From Promethearchaeota archaeon (GTDB taxonomy: Archaea; Asgardarchaeota; Lokiarchaeia; Sigyniarchaeales; SOKP01), in assembly GCA_030606485.1 (NCBI GenBank), contig JAUWGH010000004.1, forward strand, positions 90,001 to 122,000: 32,000 nucleotides of DNA. The letters run 5' to 3'. Shown here in pieces: positions 8,356-17,413 of the stretch. The notes under the pieces are model-generated. The model was not told the DNA's origin, made no database searches, and was given only the letters and a program-made list of their open reading frames with translations. Both the position numbers and the translations under genes were made by a program. How positions within the stretch are numbered: the first letter of the stretch is position 1; each line of letters opens with the position of its first letter.

Positions 8356-8603
8356 ATTTCATATCAGTTTTATTCAACATAATTACTTTTTTATATAAAA
8401 TTAAAACCTAAAATATCAAAAAAATCCTTTCAACAATTAAATATGTTTGTAGGACTCTATTATGAAACCTAATCATGAATTATATTAATTTTTAAGAAAT
8501 GGGTAGGAAATGGGAAAGCTAAGGTGGTAATATTTTTCAATTAGAAGGTTTTTATTTAATTAATCACAGAATTAATATATTAAAAAAAAAAGGTTGATGT
8601 CTT

Positions 8604-9980
8604 TTGCATGGACCAGTAGAACCGTTTAAGATTAAAGTGGTTGAGCCCGTTAAGATACCATCTGAGAAAAGAAGACAAGAAGCAATAAGAGAAGCAGGAT
8701 TTAATACTTTTCTACTTCTATCAGAAGATGTTTTTATTGATTTACTTACAGATTCGGGAACATCCGCAATGTCTGATAACCAATGGGCGGGAATGATGCT
8801 CGGAGATGAGGCTTATGCGGGAAGTAAAAATTTTTACACCCTAGAAAAAGCAGTGCAAGATGTCTTGGGTTATTATTATATGGTACCCACGCATCAAGGG
8901 AGAGGCGCCGAGCATTTGATGTCTAAAAATTTAATTAAACCAGGTCAGCTAGTTCCAAGAAATATGTATTTTACGACTTCGAAATTGCATGTAGAATTAT
9001 CTGGTGGTATTATGCCTGATGTAATCATTGATGAAGCGCATGATCCAGAAAATACAAATCCATTTAAAGGAAACATTGATCTAAAGAAATTGGAGAAATT
9101 AATTGATGAACATGGAGTTGAAAAAATCGCCTATATTAATATTGAAATGGATGTAAATATGGCTGGAGGCCAACCTGTTTCAATGCAAAATTTGAGTGAA
9201 GTATATGAATTCGCCAAAGAGCATAAATTAAAGGTTATTTTTGACGCAACGCGTTCAAGTGAAAATGCATACTTTATTAGAGAAAGAGAAAAAGGATATG
9301 AAGATACTCCTATTATTGATATTCTCAGAGAAATGATGAGTTATTCTGATGGTTGTATTTATTCTGCGAAGAAAGATTGTCTAGTGAACATTGGTGGCTT
9401 TCTTGCAACTCATGACAAGGAAATTTTTGAAAAAACCCGATCTGAAGTTGTTGTGTACGAGGGTCTTCACACATACGGTGGAATGGCGGGGCGTGATATG
9501 GAAGCTGTAGCAAGAGGTTTGCGGGAAGGGACCCAATATGAATACCTTAAATATAGAACTAACCAAACACGATATTTTGGAGAGTTACTCATAAAAGAAA
9601 ACATTCCTGTTGTGAAGCCAATAGGTGGTCATGCAGTATTTCTTAATGCTTTAAAGTTTTTACCCCATATACCACGGGATCAATGGCCTGCGCAAACTCT
9701 TTCGGCTGCAATATATGAAGACTCGGGTGTCAGATCCATGGAGCGTGGAGCAGTTTCAAAAGGAAGAGATAAAATTACAGGTGAAAATATCTTTCCCAAG
9801 TTAGAATTAGTTCGACTTACTATTCCCCGTAGAGTTTATACAAATACACATATGGAATACACCGCGGAATCAATCATAAGGCTTTATGAAAAGAAAGATA
9901 CAATTCCAGGATTAAAAATGGTTCATGAGCCAAAGTATCTTAGGTTCTTTCAGTCAAGATTTGAACAAGTTAGCCTTTAA
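8604..9980 (+). CDS. tpl: Tyrosine phenol-lyase (PLP-dependent beta-eliminating lyase)
   Basis: Co-linear with known TPL: EPFKIKVVE, DLLTDSGT, GDEAYAGS (Tyr71 equivalent), NMYFTT (Thr124 equivalent), SAKKD (PLP lysine), SMERG (Arg381 equivalent), RLTIPRRVY, LRFF; TTG start. Confidence 0.9.
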   Translation: MHGPVEPFKIKVVEPVKIPSEKRRQEAIREAGFNTFLLLSEDVFIDLLTDSGTSAMSDNQWAGMMLGDEAYAGSKNFYTLEKAVQDVLGYYYMVPTHQGRGAEHLMSKNLIKPGQLVPRNMYFTTSKLHVELSGGIMPDVIIDEAHDPENTNPFKGNIDLKKLEKLIDEHGVEKIAYINIEMDVNMAGGQPVSMQNLSEVYEFAKEHKLKVIFDATRSSENAYFIREREKGYEDTPIIDILREMMSYSDGCIYSAKKDCLVNIGGFLATHDKEIFEKTRSEVVVYEGLHTYGGMAGRDMEAVARGLREGTQYEYLKYRTNQTRYFGELLIKENIPVVKPIGGHAVFLNALKFLPHIPRDQWPAQTLSAAIYEDSGVRSMERGAVSKGRDKITGENIFPKLELVRLTIPRRVYTNTHMEYTAESIIRLYEKKDTIPGLKMVHEPKYLRFFQSRFEQVSL

Positions 9981-9993
9981 AATCTTAAAGTCC

Positions 9994-10869
9994 TTAAGAT
10001 CTTAAAGCCCCTATAGCACTAACCATATCATTATATTTCAGGAAATAAGGCTTTTTTTTATGCATTTTACACATTATTTTAATAATTCGCTTAAAAATTG
10101 AGTTATTCTTTAAAAATCCACCACTAAAGACGATATTTTTCACTTTTCTATTTTGCGAGTAAAGAATTAATTGAGAAGCTATGTTTTCTGAAATGATAGA
10201 AATGATGGAATTAATCACATCTTCCTTTTTATAGCTAATGTCATTAAAAAGAGTAACTTTTCCTAAAGAAGACGCTGTAAATTGACGAAACAATGGATCT
10301 ACCCGATCATCTTCTTCTTCATATATATCACCGACTTTTAGATCCACATTATATGGGTTTCCTTTCTTAGCAATATTTATAGCCTCATCAAAATCATCCA
10401 AATTATAAAGTAATTTTATTAACCCCATAAAGGTTCCTCCACCTAAGGCGGAACCACCAATTCTTTCAAAATTTCTTCTATCTTCTTGTGATTTTATGTG
10501 CAACATAGAGGTTCCTGTGCCCACTGAAATAAAAAGCATATCTAAGGGCATTTTCTTCTCATTTAATTCAAATAAAACTTCTACTCCACGGCATTGTGCT
10601 TCAAATTCATTGATTAATTGACAATTCTTATCCTTATTGAAATTCTTATAAATTTTAAATGCCTTTCCTCCAGTTAAATTTATTTTAAATTCTTGATTTT
10701 CGTTTAAAAATTTATAAATTTCATTATAATTTGTTAGAAAACTTTTAAATATAAGTTTATCATCCTTTACATAGCTGATTTTAGTGAGAGAAGCACCAGC
10801 ATCAATTCCCAATTTACCTTTTAATGCATTTGCTAGAGTACTAGTTAAATTAATAATTTGCTCACTCAA
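9994..10869 (-). CDS. coaW: Type II (eukaryote/Staphylococcus-like, Fumble family) pantothenate kinase
   Basis: ASKHA motifs GIDAGASLTK, NEFEAQCRG (catalytic Glu), SVGTGTS, GGSALGGGTFMGL, VDLKVGDIY, ASSLGK, FSGGFL. Confidence 0.88.
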   Translation of the reverse strand: MSEQIINLTSTLANALKGKLGIDAGASLTKISYVKDDKLIFKSFLTNYNEIYKFLNENQEFKINLTGGKAFKIYKNFNKDKNCQLINEFEAQCRGVEVLFELNEKKMPLDMLFISVGTGTSMLHIKSQEDRRNFERIGGSALGGGTFMGLIKLLYNLDDFDEAINIAKKGNPYNVDLKVGDIYEEEDDRVDPLFRQFTASSLGKVTLFNDISYKKEDVINSIISIISENIASQLILYSQNRKVKNIVFSGGFLKNNSIFKRIIKIMCKMHKKKPYFLKYNDMVSAIGALRS

Positions 10870-10968
10870 TTTAAAAAACCATTAAAAATACTTTATTGAT
10901 TGAACTATTACTATAATTACAATTAATATATTTTATTATAAAAAAAGATAAAAGAAAAGTAATAAAAA

Positions 10969-12417
10969 TTATCTTTCGGCAAATTCTTTCATATCTTTTG
11001 CTGGATCCCAACGTTTTTTCATGAAATCTAAAATTCCTGATGAATCTCTTGGTCCTACAATGCAAACACAATTAGCTTCATCTTCTACTGCTCCCGATAA
11101 TCTTGCTGCCATACCAGGAATAATTATAATACGATGCTTAACCTTATCAAAAGGTTTAAATTTTTCAATCGCTTCAGCAATAGCAGAACTCGAATATTGT
11201 CCACCCGCAACAGAACTTTCAACACCTATTCCTCCTGTATCAACATTTAATAAATAAGCGTCAATATTCCCACTTTTAATATCTTCTCTAACTGGATAGA
11301 CGGTCATACGATAATTTGTTGTACAAAAGATAGGTACATTATCATCAGGTTCTCCAATTGTTTCTAAACCCGGGTCTACAGCGGGATATATCCTCGGATC
11401 GCTAAAGACGTTCTGTCTGAAGGTCAATATTGCTAACAGCGCCCAAATATCTTCCTTTTTTTTACCCGTATGACAAATTATCAAAGATGTATCAATAGCT
11501 GCCATAATACATGCCCTAATCATTTCTTTATATTGAAATTTCCATAAATCTTTATCGTTTTTAACTTTTATATCTTTCCATAACGCTGCTGGGACACCCA
11601 TAATTGGCCATCCAGAATTTTCATCGCCACTATTAATACCAGCTAACCTCAGTTGAATAATATTATCAAAAGTATCCGACACATTACCTTCACCAAAAAA
11701 GGTTCCCGGATCCAAGACAATTTCTCTTACTCCCATCTTTTGTAGAGATGCGGAGATTGAAATCAATTCATTAATATCATTTGAGAAGCATACAACAGGC
11801 AAATCTTCATCAAATGCAAATGAACCAATTTTTTCCCAGCTTTCTTTTGTCACAGCATAAAGCAGTGGTTTTTTATTCTTTATTTCTGCAGCAGCAGCGA
11901 GAAGTATATCTGGATTAAAACAACATAATATGACGGGTATATCTGAATTTTCCACTACTGTTTTAGCAGCGGTTTTAAAAGATTCTGCGTCATTGGATAC
12001 GCATTTTAATGCAATTGCGTTTAGTTTTAAATCATCACCAAGTCTTGAAATCACTATTCCAGTCAAATATTTTACGGTATCTATGAGATCTTCAGCATTA
12101 TCATCAAGCGTGATTGCAATAGCCATTTCATTATAGAAAGTTAGAGAATGTCTATATATAACTTCTTCCCCACCAATTGTGCATAATCTTTCACCAACTC
12201 CGAATTCTACTGGCTTCTGTGGAGGTGTTGTTATTTCTATTAATTTTCTCAGATTTTTAGCTTGCTTTGGATGTTGAAGATGCGGACAATCACTTAATTT
12301 TTTTTTTCTTTCAAGTAGTTCAGTTGAAAATGCCATACACGTCTCCAGCCCACATTCTTTGCAATTACTCTTATCGAGAAATTTATAAATTTCGAGCGGA
12401 CTTGCTCTTTTTACCAT
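10969..12417 (-). CDS. cdhE: Corrinoid iron-sulfur protein large subunit (CODH/ACS complex gamma subunit)
   Basis: N-terminal 4Fe-4S motif NCKECGLETC...CPHL, TIGGEEVIYRH, TIM barrel, C-terminal TTNYRMT, DTGGIGVESSVAGG, IIPGMAARLSG, GPRDS. Confidence 0.93.
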   Translation of the reverse strand: MVKRASPLEIYKFLDKSNCKECGLETCMAFSTELLERKKKLSDCPHLQHPKQAKNLRKLIEITTPPQKPVEFGVGERLCTIGGEEVIYRHSLTFYNEMAIAITLDDNAEDLIDTVKYLTGIVISRLGDDLKLNAIALKCVSNDAESFKTAAKTVVENSDIPVILCCFNPDILLAAAAEIKNKKPLLYAVTKESWEKIGSFAFDEDLPVVCFSNDINELISISASLQKMGVREIVLDPGTFFGEGNVSDTFDNIIQLRLAGINSGDENSGWPIMGVPAALWKDIKVKNDKDLWKFQYKEMIRACIMAAIDTSLIICHTGKKKEDIWALLAILTFRQNVFSDPRIYPAVDPGLETIGEPDDNVPIFCTTNYRMTVYPVREDIKSGNIDAYLLNVDTGGIGVESSVAGGQYSSSAIAEAIEKFKPFDKVKHRIIIIPGMAARLSGAVEDEANCVCIVGPRDSSGILDFMKKRWDPAKDMKEFAER

Positions 12418-12842
12418 TTTTTCTTACTCCAATCGTTTTTTAAAGTATTTTTTTGATATGATCTAATGTTTAAAATAAAATTAGATAAAATAAATAACTT
12501 TTTAAAAAATCCATAAAAAAATTTCTGAATTAACAAAATAAATTTTCCCTTATGTTTATTATGTTTACATTTAAAACTTAGGCTAATTATTCAATTGCTA
12601 AAATGTAAATTAAATAAATTCATATGTCTATTCATTTAATATTCTTAAAAATCAAAATTGGAATTTATAAATAAAAATATCGAATTGTTATAGCAATTAG
12701 GAAATTATTTATTCCTTTTTTTTTCAAGAAGGAAAAAAAAAATATTATACGTAATTTATTCTTGAAGAATATTTTTCTATAATTTCATTAAGTTCAGGGC
12801 TTGTTGTTTTTATTAATTCTCTTATAATATTTAAGTAGACAG

Positions 12843-13286
12843 TTACATTATCAATATTAAAGCTTCACCTTCGGTTACTAAGGCATCATCTTGATTATAT
12901 ACATTTGTTTCGACTTTTAGGAATTTTAGTTTTCCTTCCTTTTTCGTGAATTTTTCTTTAACTGTGGCAACAGCAGTTAAAGTATCTCCAATATACACGG
13001 GCTTTCGGAAATCTACTTTCTGTGATATATAAAGAGCCCCTGGTCCGAATAATTTTACACCTAACGCCGCTGATATTAATGCACTACTGAAACAACCATG
13101 AACTACTCTTTTTCCGAATTGTTGTGTTTTTGCGAATTCATCATTAACGTGAAGGGGGTTAAAGTCACCCGATATACCGGCAAATATAATTACATCAGCT
13201 TCAGTAACAGTTTTTGCATGAAACGCACTATCGCCTATTTCATAATCCTCATACTTTACATTTTTTAATGTAGGTTTTACACTCAT
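12843..13286 (-). CDS. MaoC-family (R)-specific enoyl-CoA hydratase / hot-dog dehydratase
   Basis: Hydratase-2 motif FAGISGDFNPLHVN, VVHG, GPGALY, FRKPVYIGD; ATG at 13286 preferred over TTG 13295. Confidence 0.9.
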   Translation of the reverse strand: MSVKPTLKNVKYEDYEIGDSAFHAKTVTEADVIIFAGISGDFNPLHVNDEFAKTQQFGKRVVHGCFSSALISAALGVKLFGPGALYISQKVDFRKPVYIGDTLTAVATVKEKFTKKEGKLKFLKVETNVYNQDDALVTEGEALILIM

Positions 13287-13373
13287 AAAAATCAATTAAG
13301 CAACACATTATTTAAAAATTATTTATTGAAAAAAAGGAAATAAAAATTAAGATTTTAAAATTTTAAATATTTA

Positions 13374-13886
13374 TTAATCTTCCCGACTCATAAACCCACT
13401 AATGAGACCTATCAGACCTCCTAAAAGCAACAAATATGTTCCAATAGATTCAAGTCGTCCGGCAATTGCATAGTCAAATGGAATTATTCCATCAATTAGG
13501 GGTACAGAATCTCCAACTAGATTCACAACCCATTCTGTCGGAATTGCAGTAAAGCTATAAAATAGGATTACTCCACCTATAAGAAGTGGCATAATCGAGC
13601 CAATAATTGCTGAGATGCGACTCTTAACTCCAGCTAGTTGTGTGAATCCTGCAGATAAAAACCAAATTAAAAGACCCGCAATAATATAAATCGCAAAAGT
13701 TGGAACGCCTAAAGTAACTCCCAGTGCATCTGCATTTGTAAACATATTTACAATGTTTTTTATTATCCCTATACCATAGGCATAATAAATTGTACCGCCA
13801 TCATCAACTGCTACCCATGATAAAATGAAGGTAGATATTAGAGTTATAATTCCTGCAAGAATACTTAAAAACTTTCCAGCACCCAT
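13374..13886 (-). CDS. Hypothetical integral membrane protein (3-4 TM helices)
   Basis: 170 aa, ATG start, Gly-rich hydrophobic segments, no recognised motif. Confidence 0.75.
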   Translation of the reverse strand: MGAGKFLSILAGIITLISTFILSWVAVDDGGTIYYAYGIGIIKNIVNMFTNADALGVTLGVPTFAIYIIAGLLIWFLSAGFTQLAGVKSRISAIIGSIMPLLIGGVILFYSFTAIPTEWVVNLVGDSVPLIDGIIPFDYAIAGRLESIGTYLLLLGGLIGLISGFMSRED

Positions 13887-14056
13887 TATTTTTCACTATA
13901 ATTTATAATTTTTTTTATGTATTTTTTTTATTATATCCGAAAAGAGTTTTAAGTATTTAAAAAATTTCTTCATAGAAGTATAAAATATTTTTTTATGAAA
14001 TAAGGGAAAATAGAGAAAATTAGTGAAAATTTATTTTAATTTTTATATAATTATAA

Positions 14057-15121
14057 TTGAATCAATTTATGTCAAATCCATCAGAATTTTTTCCAACTGG
14101 AAAGATCAAATCAAAAATTTTATCTCAACTTCTAAATAAATATTGTTCCAGTAAAATTGATGATAGAGTGATTTTGGGCTCAGAAATAGGTGAGGATGCT
14201 GCCGTTATTGATATGGGGGATAAATATTTAGTTGCTAAAACTGATCCTATCACATTTCTTGATTATAAACCGGGTATTTATAATAATATCGGTTTTTGGG
14301 TAGTAAATGTAAATGTAAATGATGTTGCATGTTGTGGTGCAATTCCGAAATGGTTTCAAACTACGATTTTATTACCTGAGAAAGGCACAACGGAAGAGTT
14401 AATCGAGAAAACTTTTAAGGAAATTCATGAGACTTGTAAAAATCTTGGTATTTCTGTTGTAGGGGGTCATACGGAAATCACCGTTGGATTAGATAAACCA
14501 ATGGCTATTGGTTGTTTGATGGGTGAAGTGGAGAAAGATAAATTGGTAAAAACTTCAGGAGCAAAAGTAGGTGATGCAATTATTCTTACAAAAGGGATTG
14601 TAATTGAAGGCACTTCGATAATCGCAACTGAAAAGGAAAGAGAGTTACTTGAAAGGGGATTGGATAAACAATTTATAGAAAGATGCAAGCAATTTATTTA
14701 TGATCCTGGAATAAGTGTATTGAAAGAGGCAATTTTAGCAAATCAAAATTTTAAAATACACTCTATGCATGATCCAACAGAAGGAGGGATTGCGACAGCT
14801 CTGGCTGAGATTTCAATAGCGTCTGACACTGGTGTATTAATAGAGAGGGAAAAAATCAATATATTTCCCGAATCAGAAGAATTATTTAAATTATATAACT
14901 TAAATATCTTGAATACAATAACATCGGGATCATTACTGATATGCTTAGATGAAAAAGATTCAGAGGATTTAGTAAATTTACTTCAAGAAAATAATATTAA
15001 TGCAAATGTTATCGGTATAATTGTTCCAAAAGATAAGGGATTAAAAATTAAGGAGAAAAATAACGAAATCTTACTCCTAGAATACTCTGAAATCGATGAA
15101 ATTATTAAAATATTTCAATAG
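14057..15121 (+). CDS. AIR synthase-related (PurM/HypE/ThiL superfamily) protein
   Basis: GEDAAVID, KTDPIT, NVNDVACCGA, VVGGHTEIT, GDAIILTKG, MHDPTEGGI; start TTG 14057 or ATG 14069. Confidence 0.88.
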   Translation: MNQFMSNPSEFFPTGKIKSKILSQLLNKYCSSKIDDRVILGSEIGEDAAVIDMGDKYLVAKTDPITFLDYKPGIYNNIGFWVVNVNVNDVACCGAIPKWFQTTILLPEKGTTEELIEKTFKEIHETCKNLGISVVGGHTEITVGLDKPMAIGCLMGEVEKDKLVKTSGAKVGDAIILTKGIVIEGTSIIATEKERELLERGLDKQFIERCKQFIYDPGISVLKEAILANQNFKIHSMHDPTEGGIATALAEISIASDTGVLIEREKINIFPESEELFKLYNLNILNTITSGSLLICLDEKDSEDLVNLLQENNINANVIGIIVPKDKGLKIKEKNNEILLLEYSEIDEIIKIFQ

Positions 15122-15142
15122 TTAAAAATATAACTATGAATT

Positions 15143-17077
15143 TCATTGATTGTTAAAAAACAACGATCTCCAATCAATATAATCAATATTTTTTAATTTG
15201 ATACCAGTTTGAGATTCAAATTCACCAATTATATAATGATATCTGTCTTTTCGTTTTATATTGTGAGGTACAACGATTAAATAATAACCCAATGTATTAA
15301 ATTTCTTAAACATCTTAACTTTTAATTTATCGCGTTTTATTAATTCTTGCCAGTCTTTATAAGTCCCTTTAAAACGAGAAATTTTTTGAAAAGATTCCCA
15401 TCCATCTTCAGAATCCTCGTGTTGCTCGCCATTACTCTCTCCTGCTAAAAAAAACATCTTATTTCCAATTTGTAAAACACCATAAATATCAACATGGACA
15501 TTGTGATGTTTTAAATTGTTTGGTAGTTCTCCAATTGGTAAAATTTCAGTTAGTGGTACATCCACTCTAAAGGTTTCACCAGTTTTAAGATAATTGCTAA
15601 AAATATGTGTAAAATAAAGGTGTGTAATTTTTTGTTCCTTACCCATATTGCACATCGGGCAACTTGAGCCATCGCGTATGTTATAATAACTATTTAAAAA
15701 AACATGATTGCAATCTAAGCATTTCCATTTTAAAACCCCATAATCATTTCTCCCCGTTTTTTCCAATGATTCTTTTAAAGCTTCATTAAATTCGCTTTTA
15801 TTTGATAATAACTTAAGATTTCGTGATTCTGCTAATTCCTTAGAATCATTGTATTCTAGCGGCTTGTTTAAATTTTTTTGAACATTACAATCATAGCATC
15901 CTCTCCCTTCCTGTCCTATCCGGGTTATTTGCTTATAAGTTACATGATTACACTCTTTAAACTTTACTTTAACTTTTAATTGAGATACTGCAATGTTCTT
16001 TTCATTCATTTTTATAATATTAAACCAATCAGAGGGTGTTGTTAATAATTCTATTCTTGAGTTTTCACATCTTTCTTTAAGATTATGATAAGAGGTAATT
16101 GCTTGACCAAAAATCATGTCGTACACTGCTTTTACTTTTGCAGTGGATCGTTTTATTGGTGAGATTAAATCAATTAAGAGTGATTTAACCTGTTTAGAAA
16201 ACTCTTTACGCGAACCAGCATTGTATCCCGCTTCAGTTGTTGCTTCCGTTGAATTGTATTTACGCTTACCCGTTTTAGAATATTCGTGTAGTTGTTGTAA
16301 GATAATTTTTTTTATCTTTTTCAGTCGAGGCTTCAGAATCTCCTTATGAAAAGTTTTCCACTCACTATATGTCCTGAATGGGGGGTCCCTTTGAAGCCCA
16401 AGCCATCTATTAAACGCGTGTCGTATATAATCTTCATTCTTTTTTGTTGCTTCTAAATCCTGAAATTCTCCTGTTTCTCTAATTGTTGGGAGATTTGGAT
16501 TAAAAATCCCTGTTTCTATACCATCTATATTCATATCAAATAGAGAAAAGAGTTTCTTAACCCGTGGATCACGGAATGCAATTTCCTCCAAGTTTTCATC
16601 CATTTCATCATTCTTTTCTAGAATCCCATGATAATTTTTACTTTCATTTCCATTTTCCTTTCCTATTGTCGATAGTTCTTGCTCTGGCTCGTCTTTATGG
16701 ACATCAGTAAAACCCTTTCTATTATAATCCGTTTCCAGTTGGTTTTCTGTCTGGGGTTCTCCAACATGGTCTTGACCGAAAAACTCTAACTCTTCAGCTG
16801 TATTTCTTGGATTTGGCATGCTAATTTTTTTCAATACTGGTGGTTTTGAATCCGGGCTTGAATCCCCGATATTTTTGTAAATTCTGTGCATTAGTTTGGA
16901 TTCTTTTTGCTCTCCTTTTAATTCTTGATTTCCCTCATGAACTCTTTTAAAGATTCCTTTAAATAATTTATACTCTAAATCCTTTCCCTGCAATTCTGTT
17001 GTATCGGTCTTATTATGAGGCTTAGATACATCCTTTTTTCCGTTAAGACTAATTCGGTTTTTTCTTGGACCGCTCAA
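15143..17077 (-). CDS. Large protein with two Zn-ribbon repeats and a C-terminal Vsr/DUF559-like PD-(D/E)XK endonuclease domain
   Basis: Repeats KECNH...GCYDC and WKCLDCNH...SCPMC; C-terminal HVDIY...GESNGEQH...RDKLK...GYYLIVVPH; disordered acidic N-terminus. Confidence 0.7.
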   Translation of the reverse strand: MSGPRKNRISLNGKKDVSKPHNKTDTTELQGKDLEYKLFKGIFKRVHEGNQELKGEQKESKLMHRIYKNIGDSSPDSKPPVLKKISMPNPRNTAEELEFFGQDHVGEPQTENQLETDYNRKGFTDVHKDEPEQELSTIGKENGNESKNYHGILEKNDEMDENLEEIAFRDPRVKKLFSLFDMNIDGIETGIFNPNLPTIRETGEFQDLEATKKNEDYIRHAFNRWLGLQRDPPFRTYSEWKTFHKEILKPRLKKIKKIILQQLHEYSKTGKRKYNSTEATTEAGYNAGSRKEFSKQVKSLLIDLISPIKRSTAKVKAVYDMIFGQAITSYHNLKERCENSRIELLTTPSDWFNIIKMNEKNIAVSQLKVKVKFKECNHVTYKQITRIGQEGRGCYDCNVQKNLNKPLEYNDSKELAESRNLKLLSNKSEFNEALKESLEKTGRNDYGVLKWKCLDCNHVFLNSYYNIRDGSSCPMCNMGKEQKITHLYFTHIFSNYLKTGETFRVDVPLTEILPIGELPNNLKHHNVHVDIYGVLQIGNKMFFLAGESNGEQHEDSEDGWESFQKISRFKGTYKDWQELIKRDKLKVKMFKKFNTLGYYLIVVPHNIKRKDRYHYIIGEFESQTGIKLKNIDYIDWRSLFFNNQ

Positions 17078-17413
17078 TTTTTATTCACTCTATTTTTTAT
17101 TTAGTTAAAAAAATATTCTATCCAACTTATTTAAAGAGAAAAAAAAAAATATGAATTCTTAAAAAGAAAGAAAATTTTAATAAAACTTAATTTGATTTTA
17201 AAAGATTCCTGTAAATTCATTTCTTGAAAATTTATTGAATTAAATTTAATTACAAGACTAAAAGAACTAAAAATTAATAAATAAGGAGGGAGTAATGGAT
17301 TATCGTTCCCAAAACTCAAATTTTAATTCAATTTTGATATATTTATTGATGGTTTATAGTGAAAAAGATGAAATTACTAAAATTTTTTAGGTTTTACAAT
17401 ATTTTCACATGTA

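Noticed and set aside
8521-8535. AAGGTGGTAAT upstream of tpl resembles a T-box
   Set aside because: Lacks the ACC of UGGNACC, and no Stem I or terminator/antiterminator pair is visible
8604-9980. Tryptophanase (tnaA) assignment
   Set aside because: Active-site segments NMYFTT and SMERG are the TPL type
12418-12842. 425-nt intergenic region upstream of cdhE as a possible cobalamin riboswitch or ncRNA
   Set aside because: Extremely AT-rich with no B12-box or stable helices; only a weak 8-bp inverted repeat (12723-30 / 12759-66)
14303-14320. GTAAAT x3 microsatellite
   Set aside because: It encodes VNVNVN at a position of normal length in this family; no indel implied
9325-14688. Tracked ORFs 9325-9513, 9381-9566, 10871-11071, 11021-11257, 11930-12136 and 14467-14688
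   Set aside because: They overlap tpl, cdhE or the AIR-synthase-like gene, with no motifs or SD
14057-15121. Possible selenophosphate synthetase SelD or a selenoprotein
   Set aside because: No N-terminal Cys/Sec-x-x-Lys motif and no in-frame TGA; the P-x-G-K start fits the generic AIR-synthase-related family
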